A DNA stretch of 64,000 bases from Plasmodiophora brassicae. Taxonomy: Eukaryota. Of the stretch, positions 26,624 to 38,345 are shown in pieces. Each line of letters opens with the position of its first letter. Position 1 is the stretch's first letter. The position numbers were made by a program, and so were the translations under genes. The stretch spans positions 1,178,001 to 1,242,000 of the forward strand of contig CP145418.1 of NCBI GenBank assembly GCA_036867785.1. The letters run 5' to 3'. Below the pieces are notes generated by a model, which made no database searches, was not told where the DNA came from, and worked only from the letters and a program-made list of their open reading frames with translations.

Positions 26624-27889
26624 ATGCCGCCGTTCAAGTCCCCTGTTATTGTCATCAATGTCGCGCTGCTGTTCGCCGCCGCGTCTGCCGCGCCGCTGAA
26701 CGTTGTCATGATCGGCGTGGACGGTTGCCATCCCGACTGGGTCACCGAGGCGCACACGCCGAACCTGGTGCGCCTCGCCAACCAGGGCATTATGGGCCAC
26801 ATGACGCCCGTGTTCCCCACGCTCACGTTCCCCAGTCAGTTCTCCATCGTGACCGGCCTGTACCCCGATCACCACGGCATCGTCGCCAATGAGTTCTACG
26901 ACCCCAAGGAGCATGCGTCCTGGACCTATCGGAACGATAACCTCGCAGCGGAGCCTCGATGGTGGTCGGGCGTACCCATCTGGGCGGTCGCCAAGACACA
27001 AGGCCTGCCGACGGCCGTTGCCAACTGGCCCACGTCCCGCGTGCAATTCCAGGGCACGTTCCCGGACCATTTCGTGGAGACGTTCACGCCAAAGTACTCG
27101 GCCGAGCAGGCGGCACGGGATACGCTGCGCTGGATCGATCAGATGCGCGAAGAGAAACCGGACAAGCCGTTCCTGGCGCTGATGTACATTGACGAGGTCG
27201 ATCGAGTCGGGCATCGTCCCGGGCCGAAGTCCAACGAGATGGCTGCCGTTCTGGAGCGCATCGACGGCGTCATCGGCGAGGTGGTCCAAGCCCTGGAGAA
27301 GCGCTCCCTGATGGATACGACGGCGATCCTGGTCGTGTCGGACCATGGCATGACGCAGCTGTCGGATCAGAGGCGAGCCGAGCTCGGCGACCTCGTCGAC
27401 ATGGCCCTGATCGAGCGCCATTTCGAGTATGTGTCCATGGTGCAAATCTGGCCCAAGGACGGGTGTCTCGAGGATGTCTACAGGCAGCTGAAAGCGAAGC
27501 AGACCGATTCGACGTTCCGCGTCTACCTGAAGCAGGACCTTCCCGATCGTCTGCGTTACAAAGTCAATCGGCGGATCGCCCCGATCGTCGTCATGTCCGC
27601 CCCTGGGTTCTCCATCCTGGTCCCGGGCGTCCTCAAGAAATGGGGCGGGTCGGTGAATGAGTACGGCGCGCACGGGTACGACAACGCCTACCCGGAGATG
27701 ACGTCCCTGTTCATAGCGCGCATCCCTGGATCGAAGCGCGCCTGGATGTCGAACTCGCACACCGATCGTCAGGCGCGCCTCATGCCGTTCGACAGTGTGC
27801 ACGTGCACAACCTGCTCGCCCGACTCCTGGGCGTTGCACCTGCGCAACCCAACGACGGCACCAGCGCCCTCATCGACCAGGTGCTGTGA
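26624..27889 (+). CDS. Secreted type I phosphodiesterase/nucleotide pyrophosphatase (ENPP family)
   Basis: Hydrophobic N-terminal signal; IGVDG, PVFPTLTFPSQFSIVTGLYPDHHGIVAN (catalytic Thr motif), SDHGM, GAHGY. Confidence 0.92.
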   Translation: MPPFKSPVIVINVALLFAAASAAPLNVVMIGVDGCHPDWVTEAHTPNLVRLANQGIMGHMTPVFPTLTFPSQFSIVTGLYPDHHGIVANEFYDPKEHASWTYRNDNLAAEPRWWSGVPIWAVAKTQGLPTAVANWPTSRVQFQGTFPDHFVETFTPKYSAEQAARDTLRWIDQMREEKPDKPFLALMYIDEVDRVGHRPGPKSNEMAAVLERIDGVIGEVVQALEKRSLMDTTAILVVSDHGMTQLSDQRRAELGDLVDMALIERHFEYVSMVQIWPKDGCLEDVYRQLKAKQTDSTFRVYLKQDLPDRLRYKVNRRIAPIVVMSAPGFSILVPGVLKKWGGSVNEYGAHGYDNAYPEMTSLFIARIPGSKRAWMSNSHTDRQARLMPFDSVHVHNLLARLLGVAPAQPNDGTSALIDQVL

Positions 27890-28174
27890 TCACACGCGCG
27901 CCGGCGCCCCGGTCATTAAACGGCCAGGTCCTACCGATGCCGGTAGCACCCTCCCCCCTCTGTCAGTGGGTACCGTTTGAGGGCGCCGCCGCTCCGATGT
28001 GTAACACCTGTCTCCGGTGGGCGAACTGCACACGTCCGCTGTGTTGCCGGCGGCATTGGTTTGTCAGTGGCGTTGCCCCGTGTCTCGCAACTGCGCGCGC
28101 CGTCGCCGTCGGGGAGCTGCCCGACCGTGAGAGGCGTGGCTTACAAGGCGCAGGGGTCGGCAAGCGAGCGAGGG

Positions 28175-30223
28175 ATGTCCGGGGCGGACGTCGTTGCCGA
28201 GGACGAGTGGCCGGCGCGCTGGGCGTCACTGCGAACTGCCCTGACGAGGTCATCGGCGCTGACGCCGCCAAGTACGTTGGCAGGCGCGGGTCCGCCAGTG
28301 CCGCTTCGTCTGACCGACCTGTGCTATAGCATTCCGTGCGGGTCGGCAGGTGATCCCCGCGTCGGATGACCGCGGCAGCGTTGTGTGATGACTCGGGGGT
28401 CGCATGCGCATAGAACCTGGCGACGCTGTCCGGCGAACGGAAGGTCCTTGTGGTCGGGGCCGGTGGCCTGGGCTGTGAAATCCTCAAGAACCTGGCCTTG
28501 TCCGGATTCGCCGATATCCATGTATAGTCGTGTCGGCCGGCGCACGTGCATCTGCCGCGTCGTCTCATTCCCCGGTGTGCGCCCCAGGTCGTCGACATTG
28601 ACACCATCGAGCTGTCGAACCTCAACCGCCAGTTCCTATTCCGGTGCGCCCCCTGGAGGCGTTGTACCGTGGCCTACTGGACTAACCTGGTGTTCGACGG
28701 TAGGCAGTCGGATATCGGCCGGCCTAAGGCGGATGTTGCCGCCGAGTTTGTTATGCGGCGGTGCCCCGGCGTCAGGATCACCCCGTATGAAGAGATCCCC
28801 GATCGCATCCGCCGACAAGGGGGCTCATCACCGTTCGCACAGGCACTGTAAGAAGATCCAGGAGTTGCCGAAAGACTACTACAGCCAGTTCTTCATTGTC
28901 ATTGCCGGCCTGGATAATGTAGGCTGTGGCGCTCTGCGGCGTACCGTCGTTTGATTGGCCGACGAACAGGTGACCGCACGGCGCTGGCTGAATGCCACCC
29001 TTGTTGAGCTGGTTCGATTGACGATCAGACTCCTGCAAAGCGCCCACCGTGCTGACCTCTGTCCGGTCGCAGGTCGAGCTGGATGACGACGGGGATGTCG
29101 ATGTGGACTCCATCATCCCGCTGATCGATGGTGGCACGGAGGGGTTCAAAGGTCAAGCGAGGCTGTTCTTCCCCAGGATCACGTCCTGCTACGAATGCAG
29201 GTATCGCCGTTATCCTGTTTATCGACGCGCTTGCGTGACAGCGCTTCTCGTGTTAGTGTTGGGACGCTACCGACGCAGCGCCGGTTCGCCATCTGTACGC
29301 TGGCGAACGTTCCTCGACTGCCCGAACATTGTGTCGCGTACGCCCTCGAGGTCGAATGGCCGAAGCGTATGCCCGTGTGGTGCAGGCGTCGTTCGTCTCG
29401 ATCTGACATCTGACCCAGTTGCTTACTTCAAGAGCAGCTCCGACTTCGGGTTCGTTTCGGATCGCGACAGCGACAGTGCCGATGGGGCCGTCCAACTGGA
29501 CACCGACAACGTCGAGCACATGCGGTGGCTGTTCGAGCGCGCCGCCCGACGAGCCGTGGAGTACAACATCGGCGGTGTCACGTACTCGCTAACGATGCAG
29601 GTCGTCAAGAACATCATTCCCGCTATCGCCGCGACGAACGCCATCATAGCCGGTCGGCGATGCTGTGTGGTCTGGCGCCTGGTCGTCTGACGAATTGCCC
29701 ACGCAGCGGCGTGTGTGAACGAGGCCCTGAAAGTCGCCACGTGGATGTCGCAGCCGCTCAGCAACTACTTCATGTTCAGCGGCCACGAGGGCGTGTACGC
29801 GCGCACGTTCGACTTTGCACGCAACCCCGATTGCATCGTCTGTGGCGCCCGCCAGGCCAGCGTCGACATCTGCCGTTCGTCGACAGTGCTGGCGTTGGTC
29901 GAGCGCCTGCAGACCGATCCCGTCCTGTACGTTCGTCCCCTGTACTGCACCATTGCCTGCTAAGCAACGTATTACGGGGCAGGAAACTGGCCGACCCTGC
30001 GCTGGCCACTGAGCAGAGCGTCCTGTGGATTCCCAGCCGGTCCGTCCGCGCCATGTACGAAGCCAATCTGGACCGCACGCTGGAGGACGCCCTGGGCCTG
30101 CCGCCCGCCGCCGCATCGGCGACGGTCTACGCGACCGACAAGCAGACGCTGGGCGACAATCGCGTCGTGATCCGCATCCGATTCACAAGCGACCCCGTCA
30201 CCATTGGCAGTAGTGCAGCCTGA
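28175..30223 (+). CDS. UBA3: NEDD8-activating enzyme E1 catalytic subunit (multi-exon)
   Basis: Exons joined across short GT-AG introns give [89 protein letters not shown]. Confidence 0.9.
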
Positions 30224-30334
30224 TACAAGTAAAACGTGACGACAATCGCTGCTGAATGTCATGCAGTCCCAGTGCCCTGCCTGCCAGGCGACTCGTCCGC
30301 CAATCGTCCATCGCCCCATGTCCGGCGCTGGGCG

Positions 30335-31361
30335 ATGACCAGCGACGACCACCATGTTCGTACCGTCCTGATTGGCGGCCGCCCGGTCGGCGTCGTCATG
30401 CAGTCTAGGAATGGGCCGGTAGGATTGTGCCCATCGTGCCATGACCCGCGAATGGGCTACCGAACGAACCCCCTGACGTCGTCGCCATTGTGCAGTGCCC
30501 GTTGCTGGCCATCGTGAACGTCCTGTCGTTGCGCGGCCGGGCCAAGATCGCGTCGTTGAACACGGCCACGAGCCAGGACCTGTGCAACCTGGTCGCTGAG
30601 GTCATCATGAACCGGCCGGGGGCGACGGACGACGACCAGACGGGCCCGATGGTCAACGACGCCCTGGAGCGGCTGCCGAGGCTCGTCGGCGGCCTCGACG
30701 TCAACGTCGGCTTCGACTCGATATCGTCGTTCGAACGCGACCCGTCGCTGCACGTCTTCGACCTGCTGCAGATCCCGCTGGTGCACGGCTGGATCGTCGA
30801 CGCCGACGACCCCGCCCGGTCGGCGGTCACCGGCCTGTTCTACAACGACCTCGTCGTCAAGGCCGTCCGGACGCCCAGGAACAACGCGGACGACGACGAC
30901 AGCGACGTCGGCAGGCGCATCGGCGACTTCCTGGGCCGGACCGCCACCCAACTGACGCAAACGGGCCTGTCCGCCCTGCACGCCCTGGAGGACGACGCGC
31001 CCTGCGTCTTCTTCCGGAACAACCACTTCAACGTCATGGTCCAGTCGGGCGGCGCCCTGTACGTTCTCGTCACCGACGACGCGTTCGTCGACACGCAGGA
31101 CGTCGTCTGGGAGCGTATCGACTCGGTACGCGCAGCGACGGGGCGGGTCTGCCCGCCGACGGCTGACCAGGCATCGTTTGGCGGGGACAGGTGCTGGGCG
31201 CCACCGAGTTCGTCGACGGCGGGTTCCGCGCGACCCAGTTCGCCAGCGAGTCGGCCAGGGACCTCGCACGGCGACGATCGAGCCTGAGCGACATACGGGA
31301 GGCGCACGCGACCGGGACGGACAGCGGCGCCGCTCCCCGGTCATCGTGTGGCGTCCAGTAA
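30335..31361 (+). CDS. MINDY-1/2 (FAM63) family deubiquitinase with C-terminal CaaX; 2 introns
   Basis: QSRNGP|intron|CPLLAIVNVL (catalytic Cys), IPLVHGW, VFFRNNHF (His), LVTD. The last exon, read after a GT-AG intron, ends ...SCGVQ* at 31359-31361. Confidence 0.85.
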
Positions 31362-31675
31362 CAATCTGCATCTGCCCCACCCTATTCTTACGCGTAAACC
31401 GGGGCGCACCACCGGCAGTAGATGTACCGTTGAGCGGGGGGTGCCCGAGGGGGAGCGACCTGGAGCGACGGCGCGCCTCAGCAGGTAGTCGTCACGGCGT
31501 TTGACGACCTGCGGCGCACTGGTCCTGGTCTCAACAGTGTCAGGTCGGTCGGGGGTTAGAGACGCGGTAACGCGACGCATTTCGGTGGTCCGCCGCGCAG
31601 GTTGCTGTTGCGTGGGACGAGGGAGGAAGGGGGGCGCATCGTCCATCCGTCGCAACCCGCGGCATCGTCGCCATC

Positions 31676-34069
31676 ATGGCCGAGGTCGCCTACCCCGACT
31701 ACGCCGAGGAGCTGACGCGATGCGCGCGCTTCCTGACGCAGTTCGAGCAGGAGGTCAGCGAGCGCGAGCGCCTGGAGCGCCCGGATCGCACGACGAAGAA
31801 GTACATGGACGCCCTGCAGGACGTCGCCGACCGCAAGCAGCGGCACATCACCGTCGAGCTGGACGACGTCGTCAGGGACGACCCGGGCCTCGCCGAGTCG
31901 ATCGCGGCGAACGCCGCCCGGTACATATCGCTGTTCGAGGTCGCCATCGACGAGATGATGCCGCAGCCGTCCGTGCCGCTGGCCGACGTCGACGTCGACG
32001 AGGTCATGCACCAGCATCGGCAGCTGCTGCTCGAGCAACGCGACCGCGACATCCCCAGGGACGAACGCAACGCTCTGCCCCCGGAGCTGACCCGGCGCTA
32101 TGAAGTGTCAGTTGGAGACAACGGCGCCGTTCCCGTCCACTAACGTCCCACCCAGGTACCTGAAGGCGACGAGCGCCCAGAAGCAGCTGGCGATGCGGGA
32201 GATCAAGGCGCGCGAGATCGGGCGCCTGGTGAAGGTGTCCGGCATGGTGACGCGCATCTCGGACGTGCGGCCGCTGGTGACGGTCGCCACGTACGTCTGC
32301 GACGACTGCGGCAACGAGATCTACCAGGTCGTCCAGGCGAAGCAGTTCCTGCCCATCTCCGAGTGCCCGTCGGAGACGTGCGTCAAGAACGGCGTCAAAG
32401 GGCACCTGAACCTGCAGACGCGCGGCTCGAAGATGGTCCGGTTCCAGGAGATTCGCCTGCAGGAGCTGCCCGATCAGGTCCCCGAGGGCAACATCCCGAG
32501 GTCGATCACCGTGCACGCGCGCGGCGAGATGACCCGTCGTTGTACGGCCGGCAACCAGGTCGAGCTGTCGGGCATCTTCCTGCCGATCCCGTACACGGGC
32601 ATGCACGCGCTGCGCGCCGGCCTGATCAGCGACTCGTACGTGGCGGCGCAGTCGATCACGCTGATGAACACGTCGTACGAGTCGATGGAGATGAGCGACG
32701 AGCAGCGCGCCGCCATCGACGAGATCCATTCCGACCCGGACCGCCTGCAGATCCTGTACCGGTCGCTGGCGCCCGAGATCTACGGGCTCGACGACGTCAA
32801 GGAGGCGCTGCTCCTGCTCCTGATCAGCGGCGTGACGAAGACGCGTCGTGATGGTACGTTCCGCCCGTTGTTGCAAGCGCCCCCGCCCGCTGATGATGGT
32901 CGTCGTGGCACACAGGCATGCGCATTCGTGGCGACCTGAACGTGCTGCTGATGGGCGACCCGGGTGTGGCGAAGTCGCAGCTGCTGAAGCACATTGCGAC
33001 GGTGGCGCCCCGCTCGGTGTACACGACCGGCAAGGGGAGCTCCGGCGTGGGTCTGACGGCGGCCGTCATCAAGGACACGCTGACGAACGAGCTGGTGCTC
33101 GAGGGCGGCGCCCTCGTCCTCGCCGACAACGGCATCTGCTGCATCGACGAGTTCGACAAGATGGACGATGCCGACCGCACGGCGATCCACGAGGTCATGG
33201 AGCAGCAGACGGTGTCGATTGCCAAGGCGGGCATCACGACGACACTGAACGCGCGGACGTCCATCATCGCTGCTGCCAACCCGCTCTTTGGACGGTACAA
33301 GATCGACCTGTCGGCAGAGGTGCGTGCGCGCGTCCTCGCGTCTCCACAATCGACCGCCTCTAAGTGCTTTGCGTTTCGACAGGCGAACATCAACCTGCCG
33401 CCGGCGCTCATGTCCAGGTTCGACCTGATCTTCGTGCTGCGCGACGTTCCCAACACGGAGAACGACGTCCGCCTTGCCGCCCATATCCTGTACGTGCACC
33501 AGAACCTGAAGCAGCCCGAGGACACGCACGAGCCGGTCCCGATACCCATCCTGCGGGCCTACATTGCCGAGGCGCGCAAGAAGGAGCCCGTCATTCCAGC
33601 GCAGCTGACCGGCTACATAACGGAGGCCTACCTGCAGATGCGGAAGGACGGTGCCGACGCCAGCAAAGACGACCTGCCGTGCACGCCGCGGACGCTGCTC
33701 AGCATTCTTCGCCTGGCGCAGGCGCTTGCCCGTGTGCGACTCGACACCGAGGTCGCCTACACGGACGTCGAGGAGGCCATCCGCCTCATGTACGAGAGCC
33801 GGCGGTCGAGCCGGGTCGCGTCGGATAGCGCCCTGCCCATGTTCCAGCTTCGCGATTACCAGACCGGCATCTGGGAGCTGATCAAGAGCCAGGCCCAGCT
33901 GCACAACACGCAGCGGTTGCAGAAACGCGTCCTGCTGGACCAGGCCAAGCGCAAGGGGTACACCGAGGCGCAGTTCGAGGAGACGCTCGACGAGTATAGC
34001 CAACTGCAGATCATCGCCACGACGCACAACTCCGTCATCATCGTCGACAACCCGCAACGGGTCGGGTAG
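31676..34069 (+). CDS. MCM7: DNA replication licensing factor MCM7 (3 introns)
   Basis: [11 protein letters not shown], Zn finger [68 protein letters not shown]. Confidence 0.95.
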
Positions 34070-34551
34070 GCTCGCGACGATGCCCCTCCCGTTATTGTAT
34101 ACACGACTCCGCCGTGGCCTTGCCCCATCGGCTACCCACATAGGTCAGGCTCTGCGCGTCGAACCGGGCCGCGAACTCCACCTGGATCTCCAGCTCGTGG
34201 CCCGCTGTCCGTACAATGGTCGAATGGGGGTCATGCATCGCCGACGTCGCCCCGCTCTGTATATCATTTCTGGGACAACCCTCGCATGCGGACCAAGGTT
34301 CCCTGGGAGCCGCCTTCTTTGCGATATCAGTATAGGCAACTCGACATCCAAGCCGCCGATGGCGTCGTCAGGGGTAGTGGCTGGCCCAATGCACTTTGGT
34401 GGTTGCCCGATTTGTGCACAGGTGGAAGCAGCGCTGTGGGAACCGTACGACTGGAGTGCTACGTCTGCCTACAACCTGCCCTGGTACAACAAATGTCGGG
34501 GAGAGCGTCCCTGTGGAGAGGCAGCGCAGCATAGTGTATGTGCCAGAAGGG

Positions 34552-34797
34552 TCAGTACGTGCGTCGCCTCAGCATAGGCGACGTGATCGTTTCAGATGGT
34601 GATGTTGGCACGCTCGGTGACGAGGCACGACGACGACGACGACGTTGCCGGAAGCCGAGAAGGTTGGCGGCCCATGGGAGCTGGCACGACGGCAGCAGCA
34701 GGCGCATGGCCTCCCGATCCCGGGCTTGACTTCCGCCACACACGATGGTCGGCATCACGACGCCGACGGCGTTCAGCGCGCCCATCAGCACCACCAT
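34552..34797 (-). CDS. Internally deleted paralog of the secreted ankyrin gene (signal peptide fused to basic C-tail, 81 aa); may be a pseudogene
   Basis: Aligns by eye with 38346-38525 and 39036-39107; 513 bp (171 codons) are missing in frame. Confidence 0.6.
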   Translation of the reverse strand: MVVLMGALNAVGVVMPTIVCGGSQARDREAMRLLLPSCQLPWAANLLGFRQRRRRRRASSPSVPTSPSETITSPMLRRRTY

Positions 34798-35291
34798 GCC
34801 TGCTATACCAACGGCCACGGCAACGTCGGGTCGGGCATGGGCCCGTGGGGCACACAAGCGGCCGGGACGAGCTGGTCATCGACACCAGTCACGTCACCGC
34901 GTCACGCTGCATCTGATTGGCGAACTCGAACAGCGACAGCATCCCGCTGGACGTGGTCCTGATCGTACCGGTCGGCCTCCTCGTACAGGCGCTCGGTCGA
35001 CCTTGGCAGTGGAGAACTGCACCTTGGGCCTGTAGTCCGGGGCCCTATTGTTAGCTCCTCATCACCTACGTCAGCATCAGCATCCTCCAGAGATTCATGT
35101 GTCGAGATATGCGGGGATCGAGAGCACGCAATCACGTACGCCGCTGGTGGGAGAGCGGGGTACAGGATCGATGGTGGATAAACGGCATTCGTCTATTGTG
35201 TCACCCGAGTTCGACGGAAGACACTACAGTGGCCACTACGTGTCGTCTACGTTGATTCCCCGTGAACGACACCGAACGACGACGATACGAC

Positions 35292-36211
35292 ATGGAGCCA
35301 AGCAGCTCGACAAACGCTGTGGTCGTGACGACCGCCGATGCGAGCATCCTACCCAAGGCGAACAACCTGGATTCTACATCGATCTTGGCGCTGCGCAAGG
35401 CGTACAACCGCTATGTCGCCATCTTCGAGGATCGGGAGGCGCAGCAGCCGCGGGGGCGCCGACTTCGTCCGCAAGGCATCCGGCTGTGCCTCACCGCCGT
35501 GCAGCTGAAGGCGATCGCCGAGAACCACTTGTACATGGATGGCGGCGTGGACGCATTGACCGACGAAGCGCTGGACGGATGGATCCGGGACCAGATCAAC
35601 TCATTGCCGACCAGTCACGGGCTGCGAATTCAGGACATCGAGTCCAAGATTGCGGATGAGTTGTCGATGGGCACCACGATGGCGACTCTTCGTGGCCAGA
35701 TCGCGTCGATCGCGGACCAGCTGACGGCCATCCAGGACCGCCACGGTTGGAAGCTGAGCGAGACCGCTGGAGGACGCAAAGCCATGGGGCGCCTGATCGC
35801 TGACTCGCTCCAGCCCGGCTACCTCCGCGGTCACGTACAGGCATGGGTCAAGGAGGACAAAGCCGAACGCGAAGGCGATACCAAGGCGATCGTTCGCGAA
35901 GCCCAGGATTGGGCGAAGCACTTCGTCGCGATCGGACGCGCCCGCAACGCATCGTTCAAGCGTCCTCGGTAGACGTGCTCCGAAGCAAGCTGACTCCTGC
36001 ATGCAACAACTTCAGGTGGACGACGCGTACCAGCCCATCGCCCTGTGCCTGCCACCGGCAATCGGGCCCACATCCAGCGCCCGTGAACGCTCCCAAGCGC
36101 AATCGCGAGCCGACGGCGACAAGCGACAGCAGCCAGATGACGGGGACGACGGATGGCGAGCGCGAGATCAAATGCTGGCACTGCTCTGGGCCACATAAGA
36201 TGTCTGTGTGC
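35292..36211 (+). pseudogene. Gypsy-type gag (frameshifted) with zinc knuckle CWHCSGPHKMSVC
   Basis: ORF 35292-35972 resembles protist/oomycete Gypsy gag (LTDEALDGWI..ELSM..LIADSLQPGYLR). A CX2CX3HX4C knuckle at 36173-36211 lies in the -1 frame. Confidence 0.65.
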
Positions 36212-36310
36212 CCAGAGAAGCCAACGAAAGAGAGGCGCAATGAGCTCGCACGTGACGTGCGAGCTCATTGCGCCTTTCTTTCGTTGGCTTCTCTGGGCAC
36301 ACAGACATCT
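36198..36310. repeat. Near-perfect palindrome: 56-bp arms, 1-nt spacer, 1 mismatch
   Basis: agatgtctgtgtgccc...gagctcgcacgt-g-acgtgcgagctc...gggcacacagacatct. Confidence 0.97.
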
Positions 36311-36875
36311 GGTGGGAGAGCGGGGTACGGGATCGATGGTGGATAAACGGCATTCGTCTATTGTGTCACCCGAGTTCGACGGAAGACACTACAGGTCAGG
36401 CCAGCCTGCCCAGCTATCGTGGCAGGCATGTCGGCAGGCGTCGTGTGGCACGACCGTCCGCGACGTGGGGACTCGCCAGCGCAGGGCACGACTTCGGTGC
36501 CGGCGTCGTCCATGCCTGGCCCGGTGGGCGCGAGTTCGCCGCAGACGCGATGCGGCGACGGCTGGAACGCGATCAGCAGCCAGACCGGCGACAGGGGCAG
36601 GGGCTTCGAATGGAAACGCGCGCCAGAACATGGGACGAGACGGGCTAAGCGGAATAGGGAACCCGTAACGTTTCTCTACCTTGGTGGCGACCTGGATGTC
36701 CGCCCCCTGTGGACCGTCAGTCGCAATTTGAAGAGGTTCCGGAGGGTTGGAGTCGACGTCGGCATCGTCGTCCCGTTCGCGCGCGAGACTCGCCCCCGAA
36801 GGTCGCACAACTTCTGGCGCGGGTACCACAGCGCCGTGTACGTCCGAACGTTCCGTATGGTCCGATATCAACAGG

Positions 36876-37184
36876 ATGACCGCCGGTGATCAGGAGTGCT
36901 GGCCGCTCATCGGAGCCTTCGCCCTCGCGGTGGCCGTCGTTCCCGTCCTAGCGGCCCAAAACCTGGTGGACGAGCGCACCCTTCAAGTCGCATCCGCTGT
37001 CGTACTCGCTCTGGCGGTGCTCCTCGTTATCCTATACAAAGCAGTTATCATTCTAAGCTGGGTACGGCAAGTCCTGGGCCATCCTGCAGGCGGCCCCCGG
37101 CCCCAGCACAACGTCCACGGCCGCCAGGAGGACGACTCTACTCAACTGCTGAGCGACCGTCACGCGCAAGGCGACGACACGTAA
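36876..37184 (+). CDS. Small hypothetical membrane protein (two hydrophobic segments)
   Basis: WPLIGAFALAVAVVPVLAA and VASAVVLALAVLLVILYKAVIILSWV. Confidence 0.45.
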   Translation: MTAGDQECWPLIGAFALAVAVVPVLAAQNLVDERTLQVASAVVLALAVLLVILYKAVIILSWVRQVLGHPAGGPRPQHNVHGRQEDDSTQLLSDRHAQGDDT

Positions 37185-37371
37185 CCAAGCCATTGTGGGG
37201 CACTGTTTATGGAGGAAGGAAATAGCTTGGTTACGTGTCGCCGCCTTGCGCGTGACCGTCGCTCAACAGTTGAGTAGAGGCGTCCTCTTGGCGGACGTGG
37301 ACGTGGTGCTGGGGGCCGCCGCTCGTCCACCAGGTTTAGGGCCGCTAGGACGGGCATGACGGCCACCGCGA
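36925..37371. repeat. Inverted duplication of the small membrane-protein gene with an internal deletion
   Basis: 37225-37371 is the diverged reverse complement of 36925-36975 joined to 37089-37190; 34-nt spacer at 37191-37224. Confidence 0.9.
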
Positions 37372-38345
37372 TTGTCCGAGATCGTTAATGCGCTAAAGGC
37401 CTGATGAAGGTTCCACGCTGGAGTCGCCAGTGCTTGTCGAATGGTGGCTCGACTACGCTGCTCAGCCGGGGACGCGGATCGGAGGCGGTAGCCAAGTTGG
37501 CACTGTTCGCTCTGAGCCGGTCGGGATGCTCCAACCTCGAAACCAGGGACCCTTATCAGCACGCGACTTGGCAGTACGACCTTCGTGCGTCCGCTGACAG
37601 ATAATGGCCTATGCATCGCCGCCCATAGCAGGTCGGCGCTGAGGGAGATCGACGCCTGGATTATGCGAACGAACGTCGATTTGCTCGGCAGGCATCGTAA
37701 CCGGTCGATCTCGATGACACGCTATGCCGCCATCGACCGGATGGCGGCCTGCTCCACCTGAAGGGGGCGCGTCAGCGCAACGCAGTACGACAAGAGGAAC
37801 CCTGCCGTCGCCCTGGAGATGATTGACGTCCAGCTGAATTGACCCGGCGCCGATTGTGGCCCATATACTGCCGCCTTGCCTCATGAAGCATGCCGAACCC
37901 GAGAGCGTCAACCTAGCCGATGAGCGGGCAGCAGCGGCGATGGCTGAATGCGACGAGGACAAGTCAACGGGGCGGCCATGTCATAGCGCCTGCATTGGCG
38001 AACCGCTCGCCGTCTCCAAACAGGGACTGGCGTGTCGTTCGGCGGCTTGTGCCGCCATGGACGTCGGCCCGTGATTGGCGAACGACCCCCTCGTTCCAGG
38101 CGTTTACGATGCCGTCGAACGTGAACTCGTATTCGCTTGGAGTGGGCACGTCCTCGTGCGGCAGTACACACCGCACACGTATGCCATGGGGTATGGTATA
38201 TCGTACTTGTGCATGGACGCTATGCGAGCGCGACGGCGCCCAGTATCTACCTTACAACATGCGCTCGTACAGCATGTGTCGGGGAGGTCGACATCTCTGT
38301 GATTGCCCCTAGGGACAACGCAGCATAGTGTATGTGTCAGAGGGG

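Larger units (their letters stand above)
35145..36393 (+). mobile_element. Non-autonomous gag-only LTR-retrotransposon-like element with 84-bp terminal direct repeats
   Basis: Direct repeats 35145-35228 and 36310-36393 (TG...CA, 1 mismatch). PBS-like TGGCCACTACG 1 nt after the left repeat. Gag-like ORF and zinc knuckle inside. No pol and no clear TSD. Confidence 0.7.

Noticed and set aside
28175-31361. UBA3 next to a MINDY deubiquitinase as a functional cluster
   Set aside because: Different pathways (NEDD8 activation vs K48-ubiquitin trimming); adjacency in a compact genome is plausibly chance
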